Position numbers and translations under genes: made by a program
The notes under the pieces: generated by a model
Databases searched by the model: none
What the model saw: only the letters and a program-made list of their open reading frames with translations
Told to the model about the DNA's origin: nothing
Shown: positions 13,699 through 24,698 of the stretch, piece after piece
How the letters are laid out: each line of letters begins with the position of its first letter
Position numbering within the stretch: position 1 is the first letter of the stretch
DNA from: Botryllus schlosseri
Taxonomy: Eukaryota
Direction of reading: 5' to 3'
Assembly (NCBI GenBank): GCA_051294905.1
Contig: JBPPKV010000017.1
Coordinates: 1,302,001 to 1,366,000 of the forward strand
Length of the DNA: 64,000 nucleotides

Positions 13699-14013
13699 TT
13701 GTTGTTTATTAACTCATATATAATTGGCGCTTTGCAACTCGTGGTTATTTGCGCCCACACAGTAAATTTCATAAACGCATAATGTCATGTCTTCATGGAC
13801 TTGAGTCCTTTTTCTGCTCATTTGCTGCCTCCTTTCGCGAGTTCGGCTCTCTCTTTGTCTGGGCTTTTTCAATGCGCTGTATTACAGCGGGATCGGCGAT
13901 GAGGAGCCCAGATAAACCTCCGACACTTAGAAACATGGCAGAGCCGAGACTCGAACCATCATCCATCGATGTCGTGACTACAGTGTTTAACCAACTGCGC
14001 CACTCGCTTCCCC
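13699..14013 (-). mobile_element. Full-length tRNA-derived SINE, 315 bp
   Basis: Minus strand starts ggggaagcgagTGGCGCAGTTGGttaa (A box) ... GGTTCGAGTC (B box) and ends aataaacaacaacaa; 14-bp TSD ACATTGCTTCATTG (13685-13698 / 14014-14027); inserted in the LINE 3' UTR. Confidence 0.85.
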
Positions 14014-14199
14014 ACATTGCTTCATTGATCATTGATCATTTGCTACCATTGTTGAATTTTTTTTCTATTTTCCTTTCCTAACTAAACACTTTTTTACAGC
14101 CAGACTGTTCTGAGTCAAGTGTACCTGTTTGATGCTGGTGTGATCAGACTAGATGACCTTCACGGTCTTATCGATCATTCCTATCTAATACCGAATACT

Positions 14200-14575
14200 G
14201 TGAAGCCAAATTGTTGAGGGGAAATGACAGACATTTTAGCGAGGAATGAGGATAGGTGGGAGAGGAGTAACTTTTCGAATACAATCCCGATGCATGGGAG
14301 AACGGATATCGGACGGTAGTTGGTGACGTTAGTTCTATCTCCAGCTTTGTGTACAGGGACTACTCTGGCTTTTTTTAGATAGCTTGGGTAGACTCCATTT
14401 TCTATCATCAAGTTGAAAAAATGGGCCATATATTGACCGATATGCAGGCTTATCATTTTTAAAAACCATGTTGGGATTTGGTCATAGCCGTCGGCCTTGT
14501 GCGATTTCAGTTTGTGGATGGCTACTTCTACTTCGTATTTGGTCAAGTAGAAGTTATCTTTGAAACTATACTCAA
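14200..14575 (-). mobile_element. CR1/L2-group LINE ORF2 fragment (N-terminal reverse transcriptase subdomains)
   Basis: EVEVAIHKLKSHKADGYDQIP..ARVVPVHKAGDRTNVTNYRPISVLP..FEKLL..QQFGF. Confidence 0.9.
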
Positions 14576-14712
14576 AGGAGAGGACGTAGTTTAATTTTGT
14601 CCCCCATGTTTTTGCGGCATATACACCGACTCATGATACACATACACACGATCTGTGCATGCATGCATATTGCATATGCATACCACGGGTGCATATGCCA
14701 CTGGACAAGGGA
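14575..14712. repeat. Interspersed ~140-bp repeat with TGCA/ATGCAT-rich core (other copies ~23427-23578 and ~59146-59286)
   Basis: Shared aaagga(g)aggacgta...atgtttttgc.gcatatacaccga.tcatgata.acatacacacgatctg.gcat..gcatacca...gtgcatatgcc.c.g..caagg.aag. Confidence 0.7.
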
Positions 14713-15521
14713 AGTTTTTTCGATTAAGAATGTGTCAGTTTTTATATCAAAAACGTTTTTCAGGCCAAACTACTTCGTAAGGACAGACAGCTCCACCCAG
14801 AGATGAAGATAAGTTGTACAATTTCAACATTATGTGCGATGATACCTAATTTGCATCTGAAGTGAAAATTAAGTGTCAATATTTCGATTTTGTAGCTCAA
14901 AGTCTTTCTGTTATCTAAGCAAAAAATCGCCCTAACGATGACTATTCCGAAACTGCTTACTTACTCGGGTATTCTCCGAAAACATGAAATCATACTTCTG
15001 GACTCGAAATAGTTCGAAGACGTTCCAGAAAGCATTTCTACTCATACTGTGATAGAATTTCACATCACCACTACTCCAGTAATTTTGTTCAGTACTTTGA
15101 CAGCTCTGTTACTCATATGTAATCAAGTAGTCTACTGATTATAACCGTGAGTCCCATGGCCCTGTACTCGGTCATTATACATGTGATACCTTTTCTGACA
15201 TGCCTTGCTTCAAGTCTCAATCAATCATTGTCCCAAAGTTGGACGAAAAAATGCCAAATCATTTTTAATGTGATATAGATCAGAACTGGCATTAAATTTT
15301 TTGTGGTTGCATAAAAGTTATACAATTGAACTTCAAACATCTTTTATACTGTTATGACGTCTGTGTGAGTAATACTGAAATACTAGACTCGAAGCCTGAT
15401 ATTCGATTCATATTAGAATCACTCAGGCCTACTCGATTTAGCCCAGCCCTCTCCTCAACTACTGAAATCCCGGATCAGGTGATCTATTGGACGAGTCGAG
15501 GTTTCTGTCCTTGACGAACTC

Positions 15522-15655
15522 CCTTAGGACACCTGGAAGTGGGCTACTGCCCCACTCCAACTACCCACCTGAATAAGCAAAATATTACCATAAGCTCACC
15601 TTAGGACACCAATAAGTAGGCTACCGCCTCACAGCAACTACCCACCTGAATAAAC
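15522..15655. repeat. Two degenerate tandem copies of a ~77-bp unit
   Basis: ccttaggacacc at 15522/15599 and caactacccacctgaataa at ~15558/15634. Confidence 0.6.
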
Positions 15656-15769
15656 AAAAGTGATATGACTAGTCGAAATTCTGCGACAGCCCGAGGGCGC
15701 CTCACACATCCTACGACTCTCATCTCTTCAGATAGTCGAATTGGAGATGCAAACAAGATTAAAGAACGA

Positions 15770-16205
15770 ACAAAATATAATAAAAGAACTCAAATATAAG
15801 ACAAAGACAAATTTATTCAAGTAAAATATATAAAAATACAAGACAATTCAAAACAGCGGTTTTGAAAATGACTAAGCAAAACCTGGCAAAAATTGGTATT
15901 TCAACATCAAAAACGAACGAATCATAATAAAAGAACTGAAATATGAGACAAAGATAAAGTAGAAACAAAGACAAAGTTATTCAAGTAAAATATACAAAAT
16001 ACGAAAATACCAAGTCAATACAAAACAGCAGTTTTGAAAATGACCAAGCAAAACCTGGCAAAAATAGGTATTTCAACATCAAAAACGAGAGAAATATAAT
16101 GGAAGAACTCCAATATAAGAAAAAGTGGAGACAAAGACACAAAAATATTCAAGTAAAAAATCCAAGCACAAACGCGCAAAAACTGATATTTCAACATCAA
16201 AAAAC
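15770..16205. repeat. A-rich degenerate tandem array, ~165-170-bp unit, ~2.7 copies
   Basis: tattcaagtaaaa recurs at ~15813, 15977 and 16146; aaaacagc.gttttgaaaatgac.aagcaaaacctggcaaaaat.ggtatttcaacatcaaaaac recurs at ~15850 and 16022. Confidence 0.75.
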
Positions 16206-16357
16206 TGGTGACAGAGATATGTCGATCTTCGTACTGGGGTGGTGGGGTGATGGGTAATCAGGTTTGACAACTTGTGCCCTAGAGTCTTAACCCTGAGCTT
16301 CATGAAACTATATAGACACGGTTTGGAATTAATTTTATTAAGACAGCTTTCCACAGT

Positions 16358-16600
16358 CAGATAGTGTATTGGTGTAGGCCTAATCCACAGCTGCAACATC
16401 AATGGGTTGCGGGTACGAGTCTGACCGAGGTAGACTCCAGAATCTCTACTTAAGTGTTGGAGGTTTATCCAGGCTCCTCCTCGCCATCTCATCTATGTAA
16501 GCGGCGTCTTATAAAAGCCTAGAAGTGGGCCGTGCTACAAGTCGGCAGATACGGGATAAACATGAAAAGTGGCCAGGTGTAAATGACTATAGTAGTGGAC
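16358..16600 (+). mobile_element. Degenerate tRNA-SINE sharing a central core with the 13699-14013 SINE
   Basis: Degenerate B box gggtacgagtc, followed by taagtgttggaggtttatccaggctcctcctcgcc, versus taagtgtcggaggtttatctgggctcctcatcgcc in the other SINE. Boundaries approximate. Confidence 0.5.
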
Positions 16601-18849
16601 AAACACCATGAATACCTCAAAACAAACAGCCTAGGCTTAAAGGGGGCGGTATTAATATGCAGTGGGTGTTTGTCACAAACTGTTTTCAACGACTTCAGAA
16701 TTGATTCCCAGAGCAGGTTCATCTCGTATGAAGACTGAGGTCATGTTTTCATGAGAAGCGTGCGCAATCGGGCCTTGTTCCTAAACTTCAACCTCACTGG
16801 AGATTTGTTACGTGTTCGTTACCGCTCTCGAGACTCATTTTCTCTCATTTATAGAGCGTCCGCACTGAGAAAGTTGTCATTCGCTACGCTTTCGATTACA
16901 ATTCATGACATGAACGTCACACGATCATAGCGTCCTGTTACACTTGTTAAAACTACCTATCTAGGTGGTTAACTGTCAACCAAGCACTGGTTTTTGAGCA
17001 GTTCCAGTTCACCGAACAATTAGAACACATGTGTTTTTGTTTTGCGTAAATCAAGGCACCCATATGCTGCGTGATGATCTTGTCGCCATCGCATGCACTA
17101 GCCATCATTACTACCAGTGGTGTAGCCAGCGGGTGGGTTTTCAGGGGTCAAAACCGCTCCCATTTCGAAGTTGTATTGATCGGTCACATTCCGAGAAAAT
17201 AGCCGAAACAAAATACATGCTTTTCTAAGGACCAAGTGAAGTGCAAACATGATTGAACTGGTCGTTAACGTATTTGTCATTGTGTGACGAGATCTCGCCC
17301 TCGCGATCAACTCGGACAGACCCACAAGGATGTTAAAGTACGCCGCATTGCATGGTGATTTGCTTCAAATCACCCAATTCAGCCTTTGAAGCATTGACTA
17401 GTATCGCTTGAGTCAGTACGGTCGTACCAAACACGGCGTCAATGAAAACAGGGCCTTAGAACAGTGGCTCCCAACATTGAGATCTGTAATCCACAGTGGT
17501 AGGGTTGGAACCTTTCGAGTATCTCATACCCTCATATGATTTCAAAAAATTGTATAGATGCAACTTCTGCAACTTTGGTAAAATTAAAAAAATAAATGCA
17601 ACTTTCTCAGGTTTTTAGTGCAACAAAAACTTGCCCTATAGTTAATGAATTCGCAAAAGCTTGGACATTGAATCAAGTTCCGGTACACCCAGCACTACAA
17701 TGCAATTGTTTGCTAAAATTCAACTGTGTATCTACTGATTCGTTGATTTTACAGATAAACGATAGGCGTTCACACAACGTCGATATTACATTATTCAGGA
17801 TTCAGTCCTGTAGAATTGTTCATTATTGTAATGTAACGGATATTGAATATTTTCCCATTTATGTGCTCACAATGCGAATCCTCTGTCTATCTGTCGGTGC
17901 CCCATTGTTTTATCAATAAAAGCGTGACTTAGTCGGCATTTCTGCCCGTCACTACGCCCACGCCATACCGGACTTGGGGGCTTAGTGAGTCCATTGTGTT
18001 GTAGCGTGGGTGTTTGATTTGTGATAGTGGGAAATCGTGGGATAAGTTAATCTTACTTTGGGGTTTAGGAATTGCTACCTGGATATTAAGTAATGTGGGC
18101 TGGATTGGCTCATAAGTATCGCCTGTTCTTTATTAATTCATTTGCTATTAAAAAATTGACAAAAATTGTAATATATCTTGAACCAAACTGCTTTTTATAA
18201 GTTTTTTGGTAAATTTTCATCCTCAATTTTGAATTATCCTTTTGATTGCAGGACTTTTGGCATGCGAAGTGCGCGGTGGTGTGACAGTTTGAGTTTTAAT
18301 TCAGTGTCACTTGCGTAGATAAGAGGATGTGGTAATTTTGAATGAAATCTTTCTGGATTTCAGCGTTAGGCCCAGGCACAAATTCGATCCCGACCCCAGA
18401 CTGTCGTTCTTCGAAAATTGCATGGATATTTGAATATATGATTTCGAAGATTTCATGTCAAATCTTATTCTGAATTGATAGTCGTCAAAACATGGCCAAA
18501 ATATTCATTCCCAATATTTCCAATTGAAACCCTAATTCCAAATTATGAACTGTAATTCTAAAAAATCCGCCCGAAATCTGAAAATTGGCTACCGTATCTC
18601 AAATTTAAATTCAGATCATTATCTAAATTCTGAATGGTGTCGTGAGTCAAAATTTGTTCGGAACCTTCAAGTCTGGTCTTACCAATTTAAATGTAAGTCC
18701 CATTGAGTCGGTTCAAATTTGTCATAAATCTTCAAATCTGTGTTGTAAATTCGAACCCAAATTTCAATTGAGAATGATATGTCTAAATTGAACCCGAATC
18801 TCCCAATGTGTTTGTTTGTACGATTCATTCATTCATTTTTCAAATTCAG

Positions 18850-18999
18850 GGGCGTATGATTGCAACTGCGTGAACGGCTGGGAGGCAGACGACTGCAGCG
18901 TGAATGTGGACGACTGTAGTTCCGCGGCCTGCTTCCACAATGCAACATGCATTGACAAAGTCGGAACCTTCCAATGCATCTGTTCAGAAGGGAAAACGG
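18850..18999 (+). CDS. Notch: Notch exon (C-terminal half of EGF8 plus EGF9), intact, phase 1-1
   Basis: ttcag|...|gtcagt; GAYDCNCVNGWEADDCSVNVDDCSSAACFHNATCIDKVGTFQCICSEGKTG aligns with NOTCH1 [51 protein letters not shown] (recalled). Confidence 0.9.
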
Positions 19000-20300
19000 G
19001 TCAGTGTTTTTTTCACTGCATTTTAAGCTCTGTACTTGGTTTTGAGAAGGGCAATTCCGGCTTGGCCTGCTCGAGGAAGCAATATTGTGTTTTAAAACTT
19101 TGCCTGGTTACCTTTGATTGAGTCAGTTTGGTTATTACTTTGAACTGGTATCACCTTGATCAAAACACTGCAGTAGTGTCATTGTAGTCAAACACAGTAT
19201 TTTTTCCTGTACATTGTGAAAGGCCAAAAATTTTACTATTCTTATCACAAGCATTACAATAAGGCCTATAATGTCAATGTGTGTGCAAAAATTGGGTTGC
19301 AAAACAGCGCATATCTCCCAGTTGGCGTTAATTTTACGCAGGGCTTTACATTTTTTGCTTATATTCTGCCTATTTGTGCCAAAAATTATCTTTGGAAAGA
19401 CCTTTATTCTTTCATTTATGTACCTTAGTGTCGGATTTTATCAAAATTTGCCAACCCGATTTGTGCCAACAAAAGCAGTTTGTCTATCATCTGGAAATAG
19501 TCGGCCTACATTGAACTTTGATTTTTAGCACTTTCAGGTCCGTCAATTTGTGATATTTAGTGACATGATTGTTGATATATAATGTCCGATTCTCTACTTA
19601 GTTGCTCTCAATCACTCCTGCCAAGTGTCAGCCGAAAATATTTGGGTTTATTTCATTACGAATAATATAGTAACATTCAATCATATATTTAAGATATAGC
19701 CTACGCCCCCCAGAGTCTCATTTCAACATTGTTGCCAAATTTCCACTTTTATTATTCCTGAAACATGGGGTTATGTTTTCTCCAGTCTTTTGTGACATAG
19801 TCGCAGGCAATTTGCTTCAGGGAGATGGTTGGCTTACATTTCCTGCAGTCATTACGGGCACCAATGGAACAAGGGTTTTGTCTGGGCTGTATACAAAAAT
19901 GGGATTACAGCCATACATTCCCACAGTACTTCTAAACAGTACAGCTAATTCAGTGGATTTATCCTCATTCTGCTGATAAGATCGTTTGTTAAGTGTGAAG
20001 ATTATAAATAAATTTCGCTGTCTAAAACAGTTGTTTACACCGCGGTAGGGTTAAGTCCATGGTTTAGGTATGATAAGACATTACTTTTTTGAAGCAGTGT
20101 TGGTTTGAACATGTCATTTTTGGAAAGCCCTCCATTGCTTTGTGTAGGCCTATATGTATATAGCACTGCTCTCTTTTCCAAGAAATAATTGGTCACGCCT
20201 CACAGCAAGACAATACTCTCTCTAGGAATAAGGATCTTGTTTATAAACTTGTCTGAGTCAGATTATACAGGGTGACTCACGGGTTGGAATCCTTTTGTAG

Positions 20301-20456
20301 GCATTCTTTGTCATCTGGATGATGCGTGCCTGTCCAACCATTACTCCAATGGGTCGGCCTGTGACACGAATCCTATAACTGGAGGATGGAGGTGCTCATG
20401 TGCGGATGGTTATACTTCTACGAAATGCGACGTCAACATTAACGAATGTGAAATCG
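20301..20456 (+). CDS. Notch: Notch exon (EGF10, 156 nt); conserved Pro-Cys2 replaced by His-Tyr
   Basis: ttttgtag|...|gtaag; GILCHLDDACLSNHYSNGSACDTNPITGGWRCSCADGYTSTKCDVNINECEIG vs NOTCH1 [28 protein letters not shown] (recalled). Missed by the ORF track. Confidence 0.9.
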
Positions 20457-20569
20457 GTAAGATTTTTCTGAAAAATTGTTGCAATGTCGGCCAATTTTGT
20501 GGTTATGAGGAATTTTCTATCCAATTTCAGGTGCGTCAATCTTGTGGTTATTATGGGGACACACTTTTA

Positions 20570-20915
20570 CAAACTAGTGGATTTTCAAAACGCGAACTAC
20601 AATTAGAACTGGGTGGATCTACTCGCTTTTCAAAACTCGCAACGTAGAACTATAGTCACTTTTTCAAAACTTAGAACTAGAACATGAATTAACCACCTGA
20701 AAAAGTAGAATTAGAGCTAGAATTACTCGCTTTTCAAAACGCGCAACTAAAAATAGAACTAGAACAAACGACCTTTAAATGTCTGCAATTAAATAACTAA
20801 CTAGAAGTAGAACTAACAAGTAAGAAGTAAAACTCGCAACTAGAACTAAAACTATCTACCTTTAAAAATCTGGTATTAACTAAAATACAACTAACTAGAA
20901 CTACCCAAGAACAGT
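20570..20915. repeat. MITE-derived degenerate repeat tract (aactagaact / ttttcaaaac.cgc units) in a Notch intron
   Basis: Repeated short motifs ending in a TIR-like cagtccttg. Confidence 0.5.
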
Positions 20916-21545
20916 CCTTGATTGTTAGTTTGTACAAGTCTGCATGAGGAATATTCCAAATATTTACGCTTTAAAACTAAACTACAACATGGTGTGATAT
21001 GCATCTTTTGGTTTTAGCTCTCAATACCACCTGCACAGGTTTGGGTTTAATAGAGCGTGCCTCCTGTGGTGACATGTCTATGGCAAAATATGCGGTCATC
21101 TACCTCCAAATACCATTTTACTATGGTTTTTAAGCAAGAAGGTTGTAACTCTGAAAATGTATTACTATCACATTGGCCTCCCTTTGTAGGATGCTTCCAT
21201 CCGCTAAGAATTCGAATGCCTTTGGTATAAAACATAGTACCCGCAGATAACTTTAACAGCCTCTAAGCTGATAATAGACATGTCACAGTTCTGTGAAGGC
21301 GGAATCTGTGGAAATGCTGTTGCTATCTCTGCCTCTCTGTGAGATCCCTCTCTGTTATGCCATGGAAGTTGAGGGTAGTTGTCAGAATTTGATCACCCCA
21401 TTCTGTTTGCTATGTTCTCAAAATATGCTCTCACTTAAAGTTTTTTAATACCAAGTGCAGTGGTGTTTCAATGATCGGATTTAGCGAAATGATTACTCTT
21501 GTCATAATGCTGGACTCTATGATGAGTGAATGGGTTTGACTACAG

Positions 21546-21731
21546 GTGAAAATCCTTGCGAGCACAACGGTCAATGTATCGATACGGAAGGCTCCTTTGA
21601 ATGTGATTGCACGGACGGATATTCTGGACCTCGCTGCGAAACCAACATCAACGAATGCGAAAGCAACTCTTGTATCAACGATGGCACTTGCCTCGACATG
21701 ATTGGAAGCTTCCAATGCGTATGCAGTCCGG
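21546..21731 (+). CDS. Notch: Notch exon (EGF11-12 ligand-binding region, 186 nt), open frame
   Basis: tacag|...|gtatg; [63 protein letters not shown] vs NOTCH1 [63 protein letters not shown] (recalled). Confidence 0.92.
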
Positions 21732-23089
21732 GTATGAGACTTTATTTGAATAAGCTCTCAGATTTCGTTAGAGAATTAAATTAGATTTTCGTACCTACAG
21801 ATTCAAACTGTTTCGTCAATGTGACACCAAAGGTCGTTGTGCTAATTCTATTTTTCAGAAAAGTGACTGAAGTGCACCCAAAAATTTTTTTTCATTTGAT
21901 AGAATTAGCAATTCAAATAGCAGTACTTCTGCTTCAAAATCGTTCAACAGTAGCATTCACACAACACCTATCCAGTTCGTGCTGGAAGTAGATAAATTCT
22001 ATTTGAGTATCGCGAAAAAGTATGTTCACCTGGTTACGTATGACGTGTGGCTTGTTAAGAAGGCTATAGGCCTGTCAAATTAGGATTTCACAACTGGCCG
22101 AAATGAACTTGTGTGTTTAGCTTTAGACGTCCGTTGACGTCGTTGACGGTCATAACACTCACTAGGCATTGGCAAATGAACTTCTGGGACACTTGGCCTG
22201 GATTAGTTTTAGCGATCATTTCTCTTTGCTTTGTTAATAGCGCTAGTTACTGGTTTTGCTGCTGAACGACTTTACTATAGTGAAGTAGATTAATACACTA
22301 TTTCCCTTCTCACTGAGTAGTGTGTGTTTTGTGGTGCAGTTTTATTGAAAAGCGGTTATTGCCACTCTGAACCGATTGGACACTACGATTCTGTCCGTCA
22401 CTAGATTCACAAGATTTTTTTTTGCTGAAACGTTATTTCGGAATTGTATTTTTGAAGGGAATTTTGGGTTTTTCTACTGCGGCCTTTTGGACATGGAACA
22501 CGGCATTCTTCTTTTGGAGTAGCTGTTCATCAACAGTTTTGTGGTGACAAAAACCATAAACTGCTAAGATTAATCGAACAAAATTTTGATTAAAATCGGG
22601 TGTGAATATTGCCTTGATTATGGCAAGAAGCCTGAATTATTTGTAACCGAAAACTTTGAAAGCCCTGCAGTTATTGTGGTCACAAAATTTTGTGTGCTTG
22701 GCAATTTCTGTCTCTATGTCTGGGAATAGCAATATTCATTTGACAAGACAAATTCTTTGACAAAAAATGTGGGAGATTGCTGCTGATTTAATAAATATCA
22801 TCATCATATCTTCGCTGGAAAATCAAACAGTGTTATGTTCATTTTTGGAAATTTTGACTTTGACCATATAATTTAGATATAAAACCAGTTTTCTTCTCAA
22901 TTTACCTTGGAAATTCTAGTTCATATTTCCACTCCACTAAAAATTCATGCTACTGATGTACTTGGAACCCGGTTAAAACGAAGGATCTATGTCCAAATAC
23001 TGATGGAAAAAAGTCTAAATTTACAAAAACTGTTTGGTTTTTCAGCGGTGACATTATGATTCCATTGACGATTAAATTGATATGTGCAA

Positions 23090-24284
23090 TAGGGATGGTG
23101 TGAACCTCTGAAAGGTTCAGGTTCGTGTGAACGCGAACCTTTTTGAAAGGTTCTGTGTGAACACGAACGTGAACCTCGTGACGTCACGTGACGTCATATT
23201 GCTAATTCCAACCCTATCCTTCAATGAAATGATAGGCTATATTAATGTACACGATACCTAGTGACGACTCGGGCAACATGGCGTCACAATGCTGAAGTAT
23301 ATATTGACGTTTTAAACGTCGCCAAATATATCAACTGGGGCAATTAAATGATATAATGATCCCATAAAATCAATATCTTCCGCCTTTGCCAACAATTTCG
23401 ACGAGGACTTACCAGGGAATATAAGGAAAGGAAGGTGTATTTTTGTCTTTGATGTTTTTGCAGCATATACACCGAATCATGATATACATACACACGATCT
23501 GCGCATATGCATACCATGATTACATGATGTGCATGTGCATATGCCGCCGATCAAGGAAGATGCAGATATAGCCTTGTAGCAGTGTTGGGATGGCTCGAGT
23601 CATGACTTGACTCAAATCAGACTTGAATCACGTTTTTCGTATGACAGACCGGAAACTGTATTCGGCATCCGAGTATTGCTACATTGATATTGATCATGCT
23701 GTGAACCGGGTATCTATGCTTGCTACTGATATTACCCCATTAACAAGATATACAGCAGTATAGTCAACACCTCAATTGCACCGATTTGGTTTTAATGATA
23801 CAGTAAACATGAAGTCAAGATTGACCCCGTATGCGCCTGCTAGATTTTTTTTACATCAGAAACGATATCAATCTCATTGATTGGTCGAATAAGCATCATT
23901 CAATGACTACATAGCTTATTTCGCTCGTGATGTTTTGTGATTGCGGGTCAAGCTCGCAGCAGAGAGTCACTAAATATTTACAAACGGAAAGCTGGATCTT
24001 TCGAGCAAACTTTTGCAACAAAGCAAGTAAAACTTTTGAGATTGTCAAGGTGCATGCTCGTTTAGTGTTGATTATTTTATGCTGCCAGCGCAGTGCATGG
24101 AGTGGCCTGCAGTTGAAATGCAATAAATTTAAACCAACGATGTTATAATGAAGTGAAAATTGTCATATATGAAAAAGGTTCACAGTGCAGAACCTACCAA
24201 GGTTCTGTTGTGAACGCGAACCTCTAAATTTCCGAGGTTCACACACAGAACGCGAACGTGAACCTCGCGTTCACACCATCCCTA
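23090..24284 (+). mobile_element. hAT-type MITE (TAGGGATG family), 1195 bp, chimeric copy
   Basis: TIRs TAGGGATGGTGTGAAC / GTTCACACCATCCCTA; only 6 bp (gtgcaa) duplicated; carries ~365 bp more than its sister copy at 54942-55771. Confidence 0.9.
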
Positions 24285-24582
24285 GTGCAACCACCTCATA
24301 TAATCCTTCATATAGAACGATGATTTTAAGGTTTTATAAATGGAATTTGACTACACCCATTGTTACTCAGCTAAACGTTTTTGATTCACCTCCATTATGT
24401 CATGTACTGTTGAGCGAGGCATATCTTTTGTCATTGGAGCGTAAATCTTCAAACATCACCCTCTCATGACACAAGGCACTGTTTTCTGCCCCCTGAAGTG
24501 CCGGGTGTAGAGTTACCTTTTTATTCTCTCGGAAAGGTGTTTATGTTTGAATACGCCTGACGGGATTTTTTAACCCTTTTAG

Positions 24583-24698
24583 GATACGCGGGACTTCTTT
24601 GTGGCAATGATATCAATGAATGCGAAAGCGGACCTTGCACAAACGGGTGGCATCTTGTGTTGATGACGTTAACGGGTACGCTTGCAACATTGCTTCAG
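24583..24698 (+). pseudogene. Notch: Notch exon (EGF13) of 116 nt instead of the expected 114; frameshifted and missing Cys5
   Basis: ccttttag|...|gtgtgt; GYAGLLCGNDINECESGPCTNG, then +2 nt (aacgggtggcatcttgtgttgat), then CVDDVNGYACNIASG in another frame. Confidence 0.85.

Noticed and set aside
13749-14081. Overlapping 110-aa and 79-aa ORFs
   Set aside because: They are read-through of the SINE sequence, with no protein features.
13164-14575. Two LINE fragments in opposite orientation as a twin-priming 5' inversion
   Set aside because: They are convergent, with the inverted piece downstream of the 3' end. Twin priming puts the inverted piece upstream. Separate insertions or a later rearrangement fit better.
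21050-21420. Possible Helitron Rep-associated fragment (AFP..P...D, KHP motifs) on the minus strand
   Set aside because: Motif matches are too short and scattered across frames to support a call.
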